Assembly (NCBI GenBank): GCA_903854075.1
Contig: CAINVI010000254.1
Coordinates: 1-53,496 of the forward strand
DNA length: 53,496 nucleotides
Source: Candidatus Pollutiaquabacter sp.
Lineage (GTDB): Bacteria; Bacteroidota; Bacteroidia; AKYH767-A; 2013-40CM-41-45
Direction of reading: 5' to 3'
In this document: piece after piece, positions 19,251 through 28,900 of the stretch
Layout of the letters: each line of letters opens with the position of its first letter
Numbering within the stretch: position 1 is the first letter of the stretch
Program-made: the position numbers and the translations under genes
The notes under the pieces: model-generated
What the model was told of the DNA's origin: nothing
What the model saw: only the letters and a program-made list of their open reading frames with translations
Database searches by the model: none

Positions 19251-19431
19251 GGTTTTCTCGATTCGGCGGACTTTTTTGCGCCGTCACTTTCCCGGATCGG
19301 GAATCTGGCGCTTTTGTGAAGCCTTGTCAGCTCCCTTTTGTCACGTCCGTTATTATACTATATTTGTTCCGGTAATAGCTAGAAACAGCTGTTTTACAGC
19401 CACTTAAATATTTTTGACAACAATTACGCGT

Positions 19432-19866
19432 ATGTTCAAATCCAACAAACAGTCCAATTCCGAAGCGCGAACCGGTGAGGTAAATGCTTCTTCTTCCATC
19501 AATCTTATTGGTGCAGGAACCGTTATTGACGGTGATGTACGTTCCGTTGGTGACATACGAATCGACGGTACGGTACACGGCAATGTGATTTCGAAAGCTA
19601 AGGTCGTTGTTGGTTCGACTGGTATCATTGAAGGGGATGTAAACAGTCAGCATGCCGATGTTTCCGGTATGATTAAAGGAAAGATCACGGTTTCCGAATT
19701 GACATTTCTTAAGTCCGCTGCCCGCATCGTAGGTGATATCGTAACCGGTAAACTTGTCGTTGAAGTCGGCGCTTCTTTCACGGGATCTTGCAACATGGGA
19801 CCGGTTATCAAGGATATCAAGCACGCCGATAATGCCAATACCGCCCAAGAACGTTCGGCCATCTGA
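19432..19866 (+). CDS. bactofilin family polymer-forming cytoskeletal protein
   Basis: Beta-helical repeat pattern GTVIDGDVRSVGDIRIDGTVHGNVISKAKVVVGSTGIIEGDV.. Start at ATG 19432 (MFKSNKQ) rather than the listed TTG at 19414. Confidence 0.85.
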   Translation: MFKSNKQSNSEARTGEVNASSSINLIGAGTVIDGDVRSVGDIRIDGTVHGNVISKAKVVVGSTGIIEGDVNSQHADVSGMIKGKITVSELTFLKSAARIVGDIVTGKLVVEVGASFTGSCNMGPVIKDIKHADNANTAQERSAI

Positions 19867-20071
19867 TTCTTCCCTGCTGAAATACGCTTCCATGGGCACG
19901 CAAATGCTCGTGATCATGGCGGTTTGTACATTCGGTGGATATGAAATTGATAAATGGCTGGCGTGGAAGTTTCCGCTCTTCACATTATTACTCAGCTTGT
20001 TCGGTATTGCTGCGGCATTGTACCTTAGCATCAAAGATTTCCTTCGTATGAATACTAAAAAGAAGGAATAG
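19832..20071 (+). CDS. AtpZ/AtpI-like small membrane protein (start uncertain; alternative ATG at 19892)
   Basis: The motif LLKYASMGTQMLVIMAVCTFGGYEIDKWL plus a second TM helix matches the AtpZ pattern. It sits just upstream of the atp genes. ATG 19832 would overlap the bactofilin 3' end by 35 nt. Confidence 0.6.
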   Translation: MPIPPKNVRPSDSSLLKYASMGTQMLVIMAVCTFGGYEIDKWLAWKFPLFTLLLSLFGIAAALYLSIKDFLRMNTKKKE

Positions 20072-20078
20072 CCCCGTT

Positions 20079-20453
20079 ATGTCACGATACGTTGTTTCTC
20101 TCTTGCTGTTTGCAGGGTTGGTTTTCGGAATGTTGTACGGCGCAGCCGTATGGTTTCCTGCCGCGTTGACTGCCGGTTATGTGCTGCCTATTTCCAGCTA
20201 TTTTTTTCTCGTCACGCTCGGCTTTCACGTCGGACTGGTGCGATCCGCCAAGGGAAATCCATCGATGTTCATTCGATACTATATGGCAGCGACTACACTG
20301 AAGCTCTTTCTTCATTTGGGCGTGCTGGTGTTTTTTGCCGTGCTGGCCACCACCGGTGTAATTCCGTTTGTTATAACATTCGTCGCCCACTACGCCGTAT
20401 ACACTGCGTTTGAGGTGGTCATTGCTTACCGATTTTCCCGCTCCGCAACGTGA
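20079..20453 (+). CDS. hypothetical four-TM membrane protein between atpZ and atpB
   Basis: Four hydrophobic segments, and I recognise no motif. It starts 7 nt after the atpZ-like stop. Confidence 0.6.
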   Translation: MSRYVVSLLLFAGLVFGMLYGAAVWFPAALTAGYVLPISSYFFLVTLGFHVGLVRSAKGNPSMFIRYYMAATTLKLFLHLGVLVFFAVLATTGVIPFVITFVAHYAVYTAFEVVIAYRFSRSAT

Positions 20454-20547
20454 AGTTTATTTTCATTTAAAACGCTGTTATTCAGTGTTTTAAATTGATA
20501 TTAACCGATAACTGTCCGTCAACCGTACGGATGGTGTGTTTTTCACC

Positions 20548-20578
20548 TTGGTGCATTGCTTTTGAATGGCTATTTTTG
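20548..20578 (+). promoter_or_regulatory. candidate Bacteroidota sigma-A promoter for atpB (TTG-N20-TATTTTTG)
   Basis: TTG at 20548-20550 and TATTTTTG at 20571-20578 match the -33 TTG / -7 TAnnTTTG consensus. It lies 33 nt upstream of ATG 20611. Confidence 0.35.
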
Positions 20579-20610
20579 CGCTCTCTTTTGAAAATCTGTA
20601 TTCTCCAGCC

Positions 20611-21768
20611 ATGTCGCAAGTAATTCAAAATAAGTCAATTAGAAAGATTTTCCGCCTACTTTTGGCTGGAATGCTGCTCCTTTCGTTCTCGACGGTGAAG
20701 GCCAATGAAGAGGGAGGCGAGAAATTTGACGCCGGAAAAATGATTGTGGAGCACATTTCCGATGCACATGACTGGCATTTGTGGGGCGAACACGATCATG
20801 CTGTTTCTGTGCCTTTACCGATTATTCTCAAGAGTGAAAAAGGGCTTCATTTTTTTATGTCATCCGCATTTCACCACGACATTGAAGGAAAGCATGTCGT
20901 TGAAAATAACGGTGAGCGTTTCGTGATGCTTCACAACCACATTTACTACGCAGCGGATTCTGCTACTGCGGAAGGCGGCTACGTGACAGTGAATGAAAAG
21001 GGCGAAGCGACGAATGCTGCACCACTCGACTTTTCCATCACCAAGAATGTATTTGCTATGCTGGTGAGCATCGCATTGCTGCTTTGGATTTTCCTTTCCG
21101 TTGCCAAAGCATACCGTCGTCGCGAAGGAATGCCGCCTGCCGGCATGCAATCGCTGGTTGAGCCGCTCATTATTTTCGTTCGCGATGAAATCGCGAAGCC
21201 AAGTATTGGACCGAAGTACAAGAAGTATATGCCGTATTTGTTGACGGTATTTTTCTTTATCTGGATCAATAACCTGCTCGGATTGGTTCCGATTATCCCG
21301 GGCGGAGCAAATGTCACCGGCAATATTGCTGTGACTATGACACTCGCCATTATCACCTTTGTCATCACCACGATCAGTGCCAACAAAAATTACTGGCAGC
21401 ACGTGTTTGCCATGCCGGGAGTTCCGGTCGGTGTATTGGTGTTATTGACACCGATCGAATTACTCGGCGTATTCCTCCGTCCGTTCGTATTGATGATCCG
21501 ATTGTTCGCCAACATCACGGCCGGACACATCATTGCGCTCTCCTTCTTTAGTCTCATCTTCATCTTCGGAGAAATGAGCACTGGTCTTGGACTTGGTGTT
21601 TCTGTTTTCTCTGTTGCCTTCGTGATATTCATGAGTTTGCTGGAATTGCTGGTAGCCTTCCTGCAGGCGTTTGTCTTCACGCTGCTCTCCGCCATTTATT
21701 TCGGCGCAGCAGTGGAAGAGCATCATCATGATCATCACGATGCACACGAAGGTGCACACAGTCATTAA
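20611..21768 (+). CDS. atpB: F0F1 ATP synthase subunit a, with long N-terminal extension and His-rich C-terminal tail
   Basis: C-terminal half has the subunit-a blocks (RLFANITAGH, the essential Arg region). Start taken at MSQVIQNK (20611), because the listed ATG 20566 lies inside the putative promoter. Confidence 0.9.
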   Translation: MSQVIQNKSIRKIFRLLLAGMLLLSFSTVKANEEGGEKFDAGKMIVEHISDAHDWHLWGEHDHAVSVPLPIILKSEKGLHFFMSSAFHHDIEGKHVVENNGERFVMLHNHIYYAADSATAEGGYVTVNEKGEATNAAPLDFSITKNVFAMLVSIALLLWIFLSVAKAYRRREGMPPAGMQSLVEPLIIFVRDEIAKPSIGPKYKKYMPYLLTVFFFIWINNLLGLVPIIPGGANVTGNIAVTMTLAIITFVITTISANKNYWQHVFAMPGVPVGVLVLLTPIELLGVFLRPFVLMIRLFANITAGHIIALSFFSLIFIFGEMSTGLGLGVSVFSVAFVIFMSLLELLVAFLQAFVFTLLSAIYFGAAVEEHHHDHHDAHEGAHSH

Positions 21769-21785
21769 TCCGAATTTTTTATTAA

Positions 21786-22058
<273 letters not shown>

Positions 22059-22064
22059 TGCTAC

Positions 22065-22105
22065 AAACGTTTCCGGCGCAACGGTTGGTTGTGCCGGAAA
22101 CGTTT
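22065..22105 (+). other. 18-bp intercistronic stem-loop between atpE and atpF
   Basis: aaacgtttccggcgcaac (22065-22082) pairs with gttgtgccggaaacgttt (22088-22105) with one G-U pair and a 5-nt loop. No clear U-tract follows. Confidence 0.5.
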
Positions 22106-22143
22106 ATTCCTGAATTGAATCATCACAAAAAAATTATTTCCCC

Positions 22144-22638
22144 ATGGAATTGATAAAACCCTCAATCGGATTGATCTTCTGGATGTCAGTGTCGTTCTTC
22201 ACACTGCTCTTCATCCTGCGGAAATTTGCCTGGAAGCCTATCCTAAACATGCTCGATGAGCGTGAACAGAATATCGCGGAGGCGTTGAATACCGCCAAGA
22301 AGGCGCGTGAAGAAATGGCTTCTCTGAAGGCGGACAATGAGCGCCTGCTGAACGAAGCTCGCCTGGAGCGCGATCGTATGCTGAAAGAAGCGCGTGATAC
22401 ACGCGATGCGATCATTGCCGAGTCAAAAGACAAAGCGCAGCAGGAAGCCAATAAAATCATGGCACAAACCCGCGAAACGATCCGCACCGAAAAGAATGCT
22501 GCTATCACTGAACTAAAAAATCAAGTGGCTTCTATGTCTATCGAAATCGCAGGTAAAATCCTCCGCACCGAACTCGGCAACGATGAGAAGCAGAAATCGC
22601 TCGTTCAGGATATGCTGAAAGACATTAAAATGAATTAA
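22144..22638 (+). CDS. atpF: F0F1 ATP synthase subunit b
   Basis: A single N-terminal TM helix followed by a long charged helix (REQNIAEALNTAKKAREE...). Confidence 0.9.
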   Translation: MELIKPSIGLIFWMSVSFFTLLFILRKFAWKPILNMLDEREQNIAEALNTAKKAREEMASLKADNERLLNEARLERDRMLKEARDTRDAIIAESKDKAQQEANKIMAQTRETIRTEKNAAITELKNQVASMSIEIAGKILRTELGNDEKQKSLVQDMLKDIKMN

Positions 22639-22670
22639 TCCGGCTTTCGCCGAAGCAATATCTCCACCAA

Positions 22671-23228
22671 ATGCTGGAAACAAAAGTCGCCAAACGTTAC
22701 GCCAAGTCGATCCTCGACCTTTCGAAAGAACAGGGCGTACTGGACGCGGTGCACGCTGATATGAAGCTCCTGGCTTCTGTCTGTGATGCCAACCGTGATC
22801 TGACGTTGCTGCTAGGTAATCCGATCATCAACTCCGATAAGAAACTGAAAGTGCTTCAGACGGTTTTCGGCACGCACGTTTCAAAATTGTCCATGTCGTT
22901 CTTCGACATCCTCACGCGCAAAGGTCGTGAAGCAAATCTCGCAGCTATTGCCAAAGAGTTTGTTGCGATGTACAAGAAATTGAAAGGCGTGGAAACAGCA
23001 GTAATCACTTCAGCGGTTTCGTTGGACGATAATCTTCGAAAGCAGGTGCAGAAAGCCCTGGCAGAGAACGTCAAAGCTGAGGTGGAATTGGTAGAGAAAG
23101 TGGACAGCAAACTTATCGGTGGATTCATTCTGCGCATCGGTGACCGTCAGTTCGATTCCAGTGTCGCTTCCGAGTTGCGTAAACTGACGCGCGAATTCAG
23201 TGCCAATCCGTATATCCCGAAAATCTGA
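22671..23228 (+). CDS. atpH: F0F1 ATP synthase subunit delta (OSCP)
   Basis: VAKRYAKSILDLS at the N-terminus and GGFILRIGDRQFDSSV at the C-terminus are typical of delta/OSCP. Its position in the operon also fits. Confidence 0.9.
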   Translation: MLETKVAKRYAKSILDLSKEQGVLDAVHADMKLLASVCDANRDLTLLLGNPIINSDKKLKVLQTVFGTHVSKLSMSFFDILTRKGREANLAAIAKEFVAMYKKLKGVETAVITSAVSLDDNLRKQVQKALAENVKAEVELVEKVDSKLIGGFILRIGDRQFDSSVASELRKLTREFSANPYIPKI

Positions 23229-23289
23229 TGTCGCCGCAACACGGCAACCGCTCATACATAGCTAAAATAACTACAAAAATAATCGCATC

Positions 23290-24870
23290 ATGGCAGAAGT
23301 AAGACCCGACGAAGTATCCGCGATACTCCGTCAGCAACTGGCAGGTTTTAAAACCGAAAAGGAATTAGAAGAAGTAGGAACCGTTCTTCAGGTAGGTGAC
23401 GGTATCGCACGTATCTACGGCTTGACTCGTGTACAGTCCGGCGAATTGATCGAATTCGAGAATGGACTTCGCGGTGTCGTATTGAACCTGGAAGAGGACA
23501 ACGTTGGAGCCGTATTGCTCGGTAAATCTACCGAAATCAAGGAAGGCGACGTGGTGAAACGTACCGGCAAGATCGCTTCCCTGCGTGTAGGCGAAGGAAT
23601 GCTCGGCCGTGTTGTTGACACCATGGGTAACCCGATCGACGGAAAAGGTCCGATTGAAGGAGAACTTTTCGAAATGCCGCTGGAGCGTAAAGCTCCGGGT
23701 GTAATTTTCCGTCAGCCGGTAAACGAGCCCCTGCAAACGGGTATCAAAGCGGTAGACGCGATGATTCCAATCGGTCGTGGTCAGCGTGAGTTGATCATCG
23801 GTGACCGTCAGACGGGTAAGACCGCTGTGGCCATTGACACGATCATCAACCAGAAAGAATTCTATGAGCGCGGCGAAACCGTATTCTGCATCTATGTGGC
23901 TGTCGGACAAAAAGGTTCTACGGTAGCACAGATTGTGAAGACGTTGACGGAAGCCGGCGCGATGCCATTCACCGTGGTAGTTTCTGCTACTGCTTCTGAT
24001 CCTGCTCCGATGCAGTTCTTCGCGCCAATGGCGGGTGCTGCTATCGGTGAATTCTTCCGTGATACTGGTCGCCCTGCACTGATCGTTTATGATGATTTGT
24101 CAAAGCAGGCGGTTGCTTACCGTGAAGTATCGCTGTTGCTGCGTCGTCCTCCGGGTCGTGAGGCGTATCCGGGTGACGTATTCTATTTGCACTCCCGTTT
24201 GCTCGAGCGTGCAGCTAAAGTCATCAACTCCGATGCTATTGCTGCGCAGATGAATGATCTTCCGGAATCACTGAAGGGTAAAGTAAAAGGGGGTGGATCA
24301 CTTACCGCTCTGCCCATCATCGAAACTCAGGCGGGTGACGTATCAGCGTACATTCCGACCAACGTGATTTCCATTACCGACGGACAGATCTTCTTGGAAG
24401 CGAATCTCTTCAATGCCGGTGTTCGCCCTGCTATCAACGTAGGTATTTCCGTATCACGTGTGGGAGGTAATGCACAGATTAAATCCATGAAGAAAGTAGC
24501 CGGTACGTTGAAACTCGACCAGGCCCAGTACCGCGAATTGGAAGCGTTCTCTAAATTCGGATCTGACCTGGATGCGGCTACCAAATCAACCTTGGATAAA
24601 GGATCACGCAACGTGGAAATCCTGAAGCAAGGTCAGTACTCGCCGCTTACAGTAGAAAAGCAGATCGCTATCATCTATCTCGGTACACGCAACTTGCTCC
24701 GCGAAGTACCGGTGAATCGCGTGAAGGAATTCGAAACCGAATATCTCGGTATGCTTGATGCTCAACACAAAGGAGTATTGGATACGTTGCGTAAAGGTGT
24801 AATCGATGACAGCGTTACTTCGGTACTTGAAAAAGTAGCGAAAGAGCTTACTCCGAAATACAAAGCGTAA
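23290..24870 (+). CDS. atpA: F0F1 ATP synthase subunit alpha
   Basis: Walker A GDRQTGKT, and the full set of alpha-subunit blocks ([35 protein letters not shown]). Confidence 0.97.
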   Translation: MAEVRPDEVSAILRQQLAGFKTEKELEEVGTVLQVGDGIARIYGLTRVQSGELIEFENGLRGVVLNLEEDNVGAVLLGKSTEIKEGDVVKRTGKIASLRVGEGMLGRVVDTMGNPIDGKGPIEGELFEMPLERKAPGVIFRQPVNEPLQTGIKAVDAMIPIGRGQRELIIGDRQTGKTAVAIDTIINQKEFYERGETVFCIYVAVGQKGSTVAQIVKTLTEAGAMPFTVVVSATASDPAPMQFFAPMAGAAIGEFFRDTGRPALIVYDDLSKQAVAYREVSLLLRRPPGREAYPGDVFYLHSRLLERAAKVINSDAIAAQMNDLPESLKGKVKGGGSLTALPIIETQAGDVSAYIPTNVISITDGQIFLEANLFNAGVRPAINVGISVSRVGGNAQIKSMKKVAGTLKLDQAQYRELEAFSKFGSDLDAATKSTLDKGSRNVEILKQGQYSPLTVEKQIAIIYLGTRNLLREVPVNRVKEFETEYLGMLDAQHKGVLDTLRKGVIDDSVTSVLEKVAKELTPKYKA

Positions 24871-24909
24871 GGTTTAGTCTTCAGTGCTGAATACCTAACT
24901 GATAATTCA

Positions 24910-25797
24910 ATGCCAAACTTAAAAGAAGTACGTAACCGTATCACCTCGGTGATGTCGACGCAGCAGATCACGAAAGCGATGAAGATGGTCAGCGCTGCGA
25001 AGTTGCGCCGCGCACAGGATGCAATCCTAATGATGCGTCCGTACGCCGGAAAACTGCGCGACATTATGGAGAACATCTCTGGTACGCTCGACGGCAACAC
25101 GGGCGGCGATTACGCTAAAGTACGTCCGGTGGAAAAAGTGTTGATCGTAGCGATCAACTCTAACCGTGGACTTTGCGGTGCATTCAATTCAAACGTTATT
25201 CGTACGGTTAACCGGTTGTTGCGCGAAGAATATGCAGCCCAAGCCAAGAACGGAAATGTAAGCGTATTGTGTATCGGTAAAAAAGCGTCGGATTTCTTTT
25301 CCAAATCGAAAGCGGCCGTTTTCGCCGGACAGCATAACGAAATTTATACTAACCTTTCTTTTGATAATGCCGCTGCGATCGCTGAAAAGATTATGGCCGA
25401 TTTCAAAGTCGGAACATACGACAAAGTGGTGTTGGTTTACAACCAGTTCAAAAATGCAGCGGTTCAGTATGTGATGAACGAGCAGTTGTTACCGATCGTT
25501 CCGCCTTCAGCTAGTGCTTCTTCCAATAAAACGGTGAACGATTATATTTTCGAACCGGCTAAGGAAGAATTGGTATTGGCGCTTATTCCTAAAGCAATAA
25601 AAGTTCAGTTGTATAAAGCATTGCTCGACTCCAATGCGTCAGAACACGGAGCGCGGATGACGTCCATGAATAAAGCCACAGATAATGCCGGCGAATTGCT
25701 GCGCGATCTGCGTCTTTCTTACAACAAGGCGCGTCAGGCGGCCATCACCGGAGAGATTCTCGAAATCGTTGCCGGAGCAGAAGCCCTTAACGGCTAA
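24910..25797 (+). CDS. atpG: F0F1 ATP synthase subunit gamma
   Basis: N-terminus LKEVRNRITSVMSTQQITKAMKMVSAAKLRRAQ and C-terminus NKARQAAITGEILEIVAGAEAL are canonical gamma helices. Confidence 0.95.
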   Translation: MPNLKEVRNRITSVMSTQQITKAMKMVSAAKLRRAQDAILMMRPYAGKLRDIMENISGTLDGNTGGDYAKVRPVEKVLIVAINSNRGLCGAFNSNVIRTVNRLLREEYAAQAKNGNVSVLCIGKKASDFFSKSKAAVFAGQHNEIYTNLSFDNAAAIAEKIMADFKVGTYDKVVLVYNQFKNAAVQYVMNEQLLPIVPPSASASSNKTVNDYIFEPAKEELVLALIPKAIKVQLYKALLDSNASEHGARMTSMNKATDNAGELLRDLRLSYNKARQAAITGEILEIVAGAEALNG

Positions 25798-25823
25798 ACA
25801 AGCAATAAAATCTGATAAAATGA

Positions 25824-25852
25824 GGGAGCTTAACCAAAGCTCCCTTTTTTTG
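25824..25852 (+). terminator. rho-independent terminator ending the atp operon
   Basis: gggagctt-aacca-aagctccc followed by TTTTTTT, 27 nt after the atpG stop. Confidence 0.7.
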
Positions 25853-25975
25853 TTTAATCTTTTATCCACGAAGCGAAAGGAAGAAATAAACTTTCATTTG
25901 TCGCATTCTATTGTGATGTTCTATTTTAATCACGTTCTTTAATACAAGTAAATACTCTGTTAAGATCATCCATCA

Positions 25976-28900
25976 ATGAAAAACATCCTCACAATTGCGC
26001 TCGTCGCATTGACTTTGTTCCGTTTGAATGCGCAACAAGCGGTCACGGCGAATTATCAAAAAACGTACGGAAGATTGACACCAGCTCAGTCGGCACTTGT
26101 TAACGACAACAAAGCCATCATTCAAAACTATCTCGATCTACAGCGAGAGACGCTGCGGCTGACGACGGCTGATGTAAACAACTGGTCGGTGAGTGATATT
26201 TATTCTGATAAAAAAACGGGAACGACGTATATCTATCTGCAGCAGCAGTCCAATGGTATACGCGTGTTCAACGCGGTCAGCTCGATGGCTGTTAAAAACG
26301 GACAAGTGGTTTCTTTTTTTAGTCGCTTCATTCCCGGGTTGGCCGGAAAGGTAAACTCCGCGGCGCCTGCGTATGGTGCAGACGAAGCGATTCGTAAAGC
26401 AGCCGCATTGCTGGATCTTCCGGTGAATAAATTCCCGGAGCTTCAACTGGAAGTGAAGGAGTTGAATAAATTTATTTATACCAGCGGTGACATTTCCACC
26501 GAACCGGTTCAGATTACCTTGTTGTATCAGCCGCTCAAACAGTCCGTACGCTTGGTGTGGAACGTCAACATTGCTCCTGTAAATTCAGATCATTGGTGGA
26601 ACCTACGTCTCGATGCTGCCAACGGAACAATGATCGACAAGAATGACTGGACAGTACATTGTGACTTTGGGTCGGCACAGTCGAGTATGTCAATACCGTC
26701 TGCAGTTAACGTGCAGTCACCGGCTGCGGCAACATCTTCCTTGTTGCCAGTGTATAACGTATACGCATTACCAGTGGAAGCTCCCTCTTTCGGATTAAGA
26801 AGTCTAGTTGTCAATCCGGCAGATCCAACAGCATCGCCGTACGGATGGCACGATACTGATGGTCAAACGGGCGACGAGTATACCATTACGCGCGGTAACA
26901 ATGTTCATGCTTATGACGATATTGCTGATACTGATGCGCCCGGAACTTCTGCAGATGGCGGCGCTACTTTGAATTTCGATTTCCCGGTAAGTTTCTCCCA
27001 AGCACCATCCACTTATCTGGATGCCTCCTTAACCAATTTGTTTTATGTCAACAATTGGATTCACGATGTATTATATCAGTATGGACTGGACGAAGCAGGC
27101 GGTAATTTTCAGGAGAACAATTATGGCAACGGCGGTGCAGGCAATGATTATGTGTTGGCGGAATGTCAGGACGGTGGCGGAACTAATAACGCGAACTTCG
27201 CAACACCCGATGATGGTTCCAACGGACGGATGCAAATGTACTTGTGGTCAGGCGCCAGTACATCAAGTTTACAGATTAATTCACCAGCTGGGATAGCCGG
27301 AAGTTATCTGGCAATTGAAGCAGGATTTGGGCCCGCAATCGCCACGCCGATTACAGCGGATCTGGTCCTCGTTGACGATGGTACTGCGCCAACTTCTGAT
27401 GCTTGTGAGCCCATTCAGAATGGGGCATCACTAGCCGGAAAAATCGCCGTTATCGATCGCGGCACATGCACATTTATCAGTAAAGTAAACGCAGCAGAAG
27501 CGTTAGGTGCGATTGCTGTTATTGTTTGTAACAATCAGGCCGGTTCCCCGATCTCGATGGGAGGTACTGGAACTGCCAGTGTTCCGTCCGTAATGGTTTC
27601 ACAAGCCGATGGTAATACAATTAAAGCGGCACTTACAGCCGGAGGAACTGTAAATGGCACCTTGAATCCGGCTTCAACCATTGTTCAGGATCTGGATGGC
27701 TCTTTTGACAATGGTATTGTAATTCATGAGTTCGGTCACGGTGTTTCCAATCGTCTTACCGGCGGCCCGAATAACTCCAATTGTTTATTTAACGGCGAAC
27801 AGGCCGGAGAAGGTTGGAGTGATTACTTAGCCCTGTTATTTACCATTGAGAACGGCGATCAAGGAACTGATGGTCGTGGTATTGGAACCTATGCTATCAA
27901 TGAATCTGTTAGTGGTGGCGGTATCCGTAGGTATCAATATTCTACCGATATGACCATTAATCCGCTCACTTACGCTGACCTTGCGCTGAGTGCACAAGTT
28001 CACGACGTAGGTGAGGTTTGGTGTGTAACGTTGTGGGATCTTACCTGGTCACTCATAGATCAGTTTGGCTATGATCCGAATTGGATTTCGGGAACGGGAG
28101 GTAATAACATCGCCTTGTCGCTGGTCATGGAAGGAATGAAACTGCAGCCTTGCGGACCCGGCTTTATTGATGGTCGTGATGCCATTTTATTGGCGGATGA
28201 TAATCTTTTCGGCGGCGCACATCGATGTTTGATCTGGGAATCATTCGCACGTCGTGGCATGGGCGCTAATGCTCTGCAGGGTGACGCGAACACTGCCGGT
28301 GATGAAACGGCTGACTTCACGCTGCCTAGTTTCTGCCTGAATCCAACGGTTGCACCAACTGCAAACTTTACGTCGGATGTGACCACTACTTGTTTCGGTA
28401 CGGTTCAATTCGAAGATCTCTCTACCGGAATCGCACAAGCCTGGAATTGGAATTTTGGTGATGGTGTAACCTCCGCATTGCCTAATCCTTCGCACACCTA
28501 TTCGGCACCTGGCACCTACACGGTAACATTGATCGCGTCAAACTCATTAGGCGCTGATACGCTGGTGCAAAATGCATACATCACCGTTACAACACCTGCT
28601 GCACCGCAAGTCAACGGTGTCTTGACGGTTTGTAATGGCCAGACAACCACACTTACAGCACAACTTACTCCGGGCGATAATGCGGAATGGCGCGATGCGT
28701 CAGGAACCGTTGTTGGCGGAACAAGTGCAACCTTCACCACTCCAGCATTGACCAACACCACTACGTTCACCGTGCGTCAATACACTCCGACTCCGCTTCA
28801 AAATGTAGGTCCGGTAAATGGATCTTTCGGAGGAGGCGGTTATCACAATACAACCTTTGAAGGAAAAGAACTCTTCACCACTTTCACTCCGCTACGATTG

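Noticed and set aside
19327-20034. 235-aa minus-strand ORF covering the bactofilin and atpZ region.
   Set aside because: It is antisense to two plus-strand genes with clear family signatures, and its translation is low-complexity with no motif. The repetitive bactofilin coding sequence tends to leave antisense frames open.
20860-21765. Several 100-180-aa minus-strand ORFs inside atpB.
   Set aside because: They are antisense to a canonical ATP synthase a subunit, and their translations are Arg/His-rich nonsense-like sequence.
22134-23910. Antisense ORFs in atpF, atpH and atpA (124, 93, 81 and 181 aa).
   Set aside because: They lie opposite highly conserved atp genes and match no independent family.
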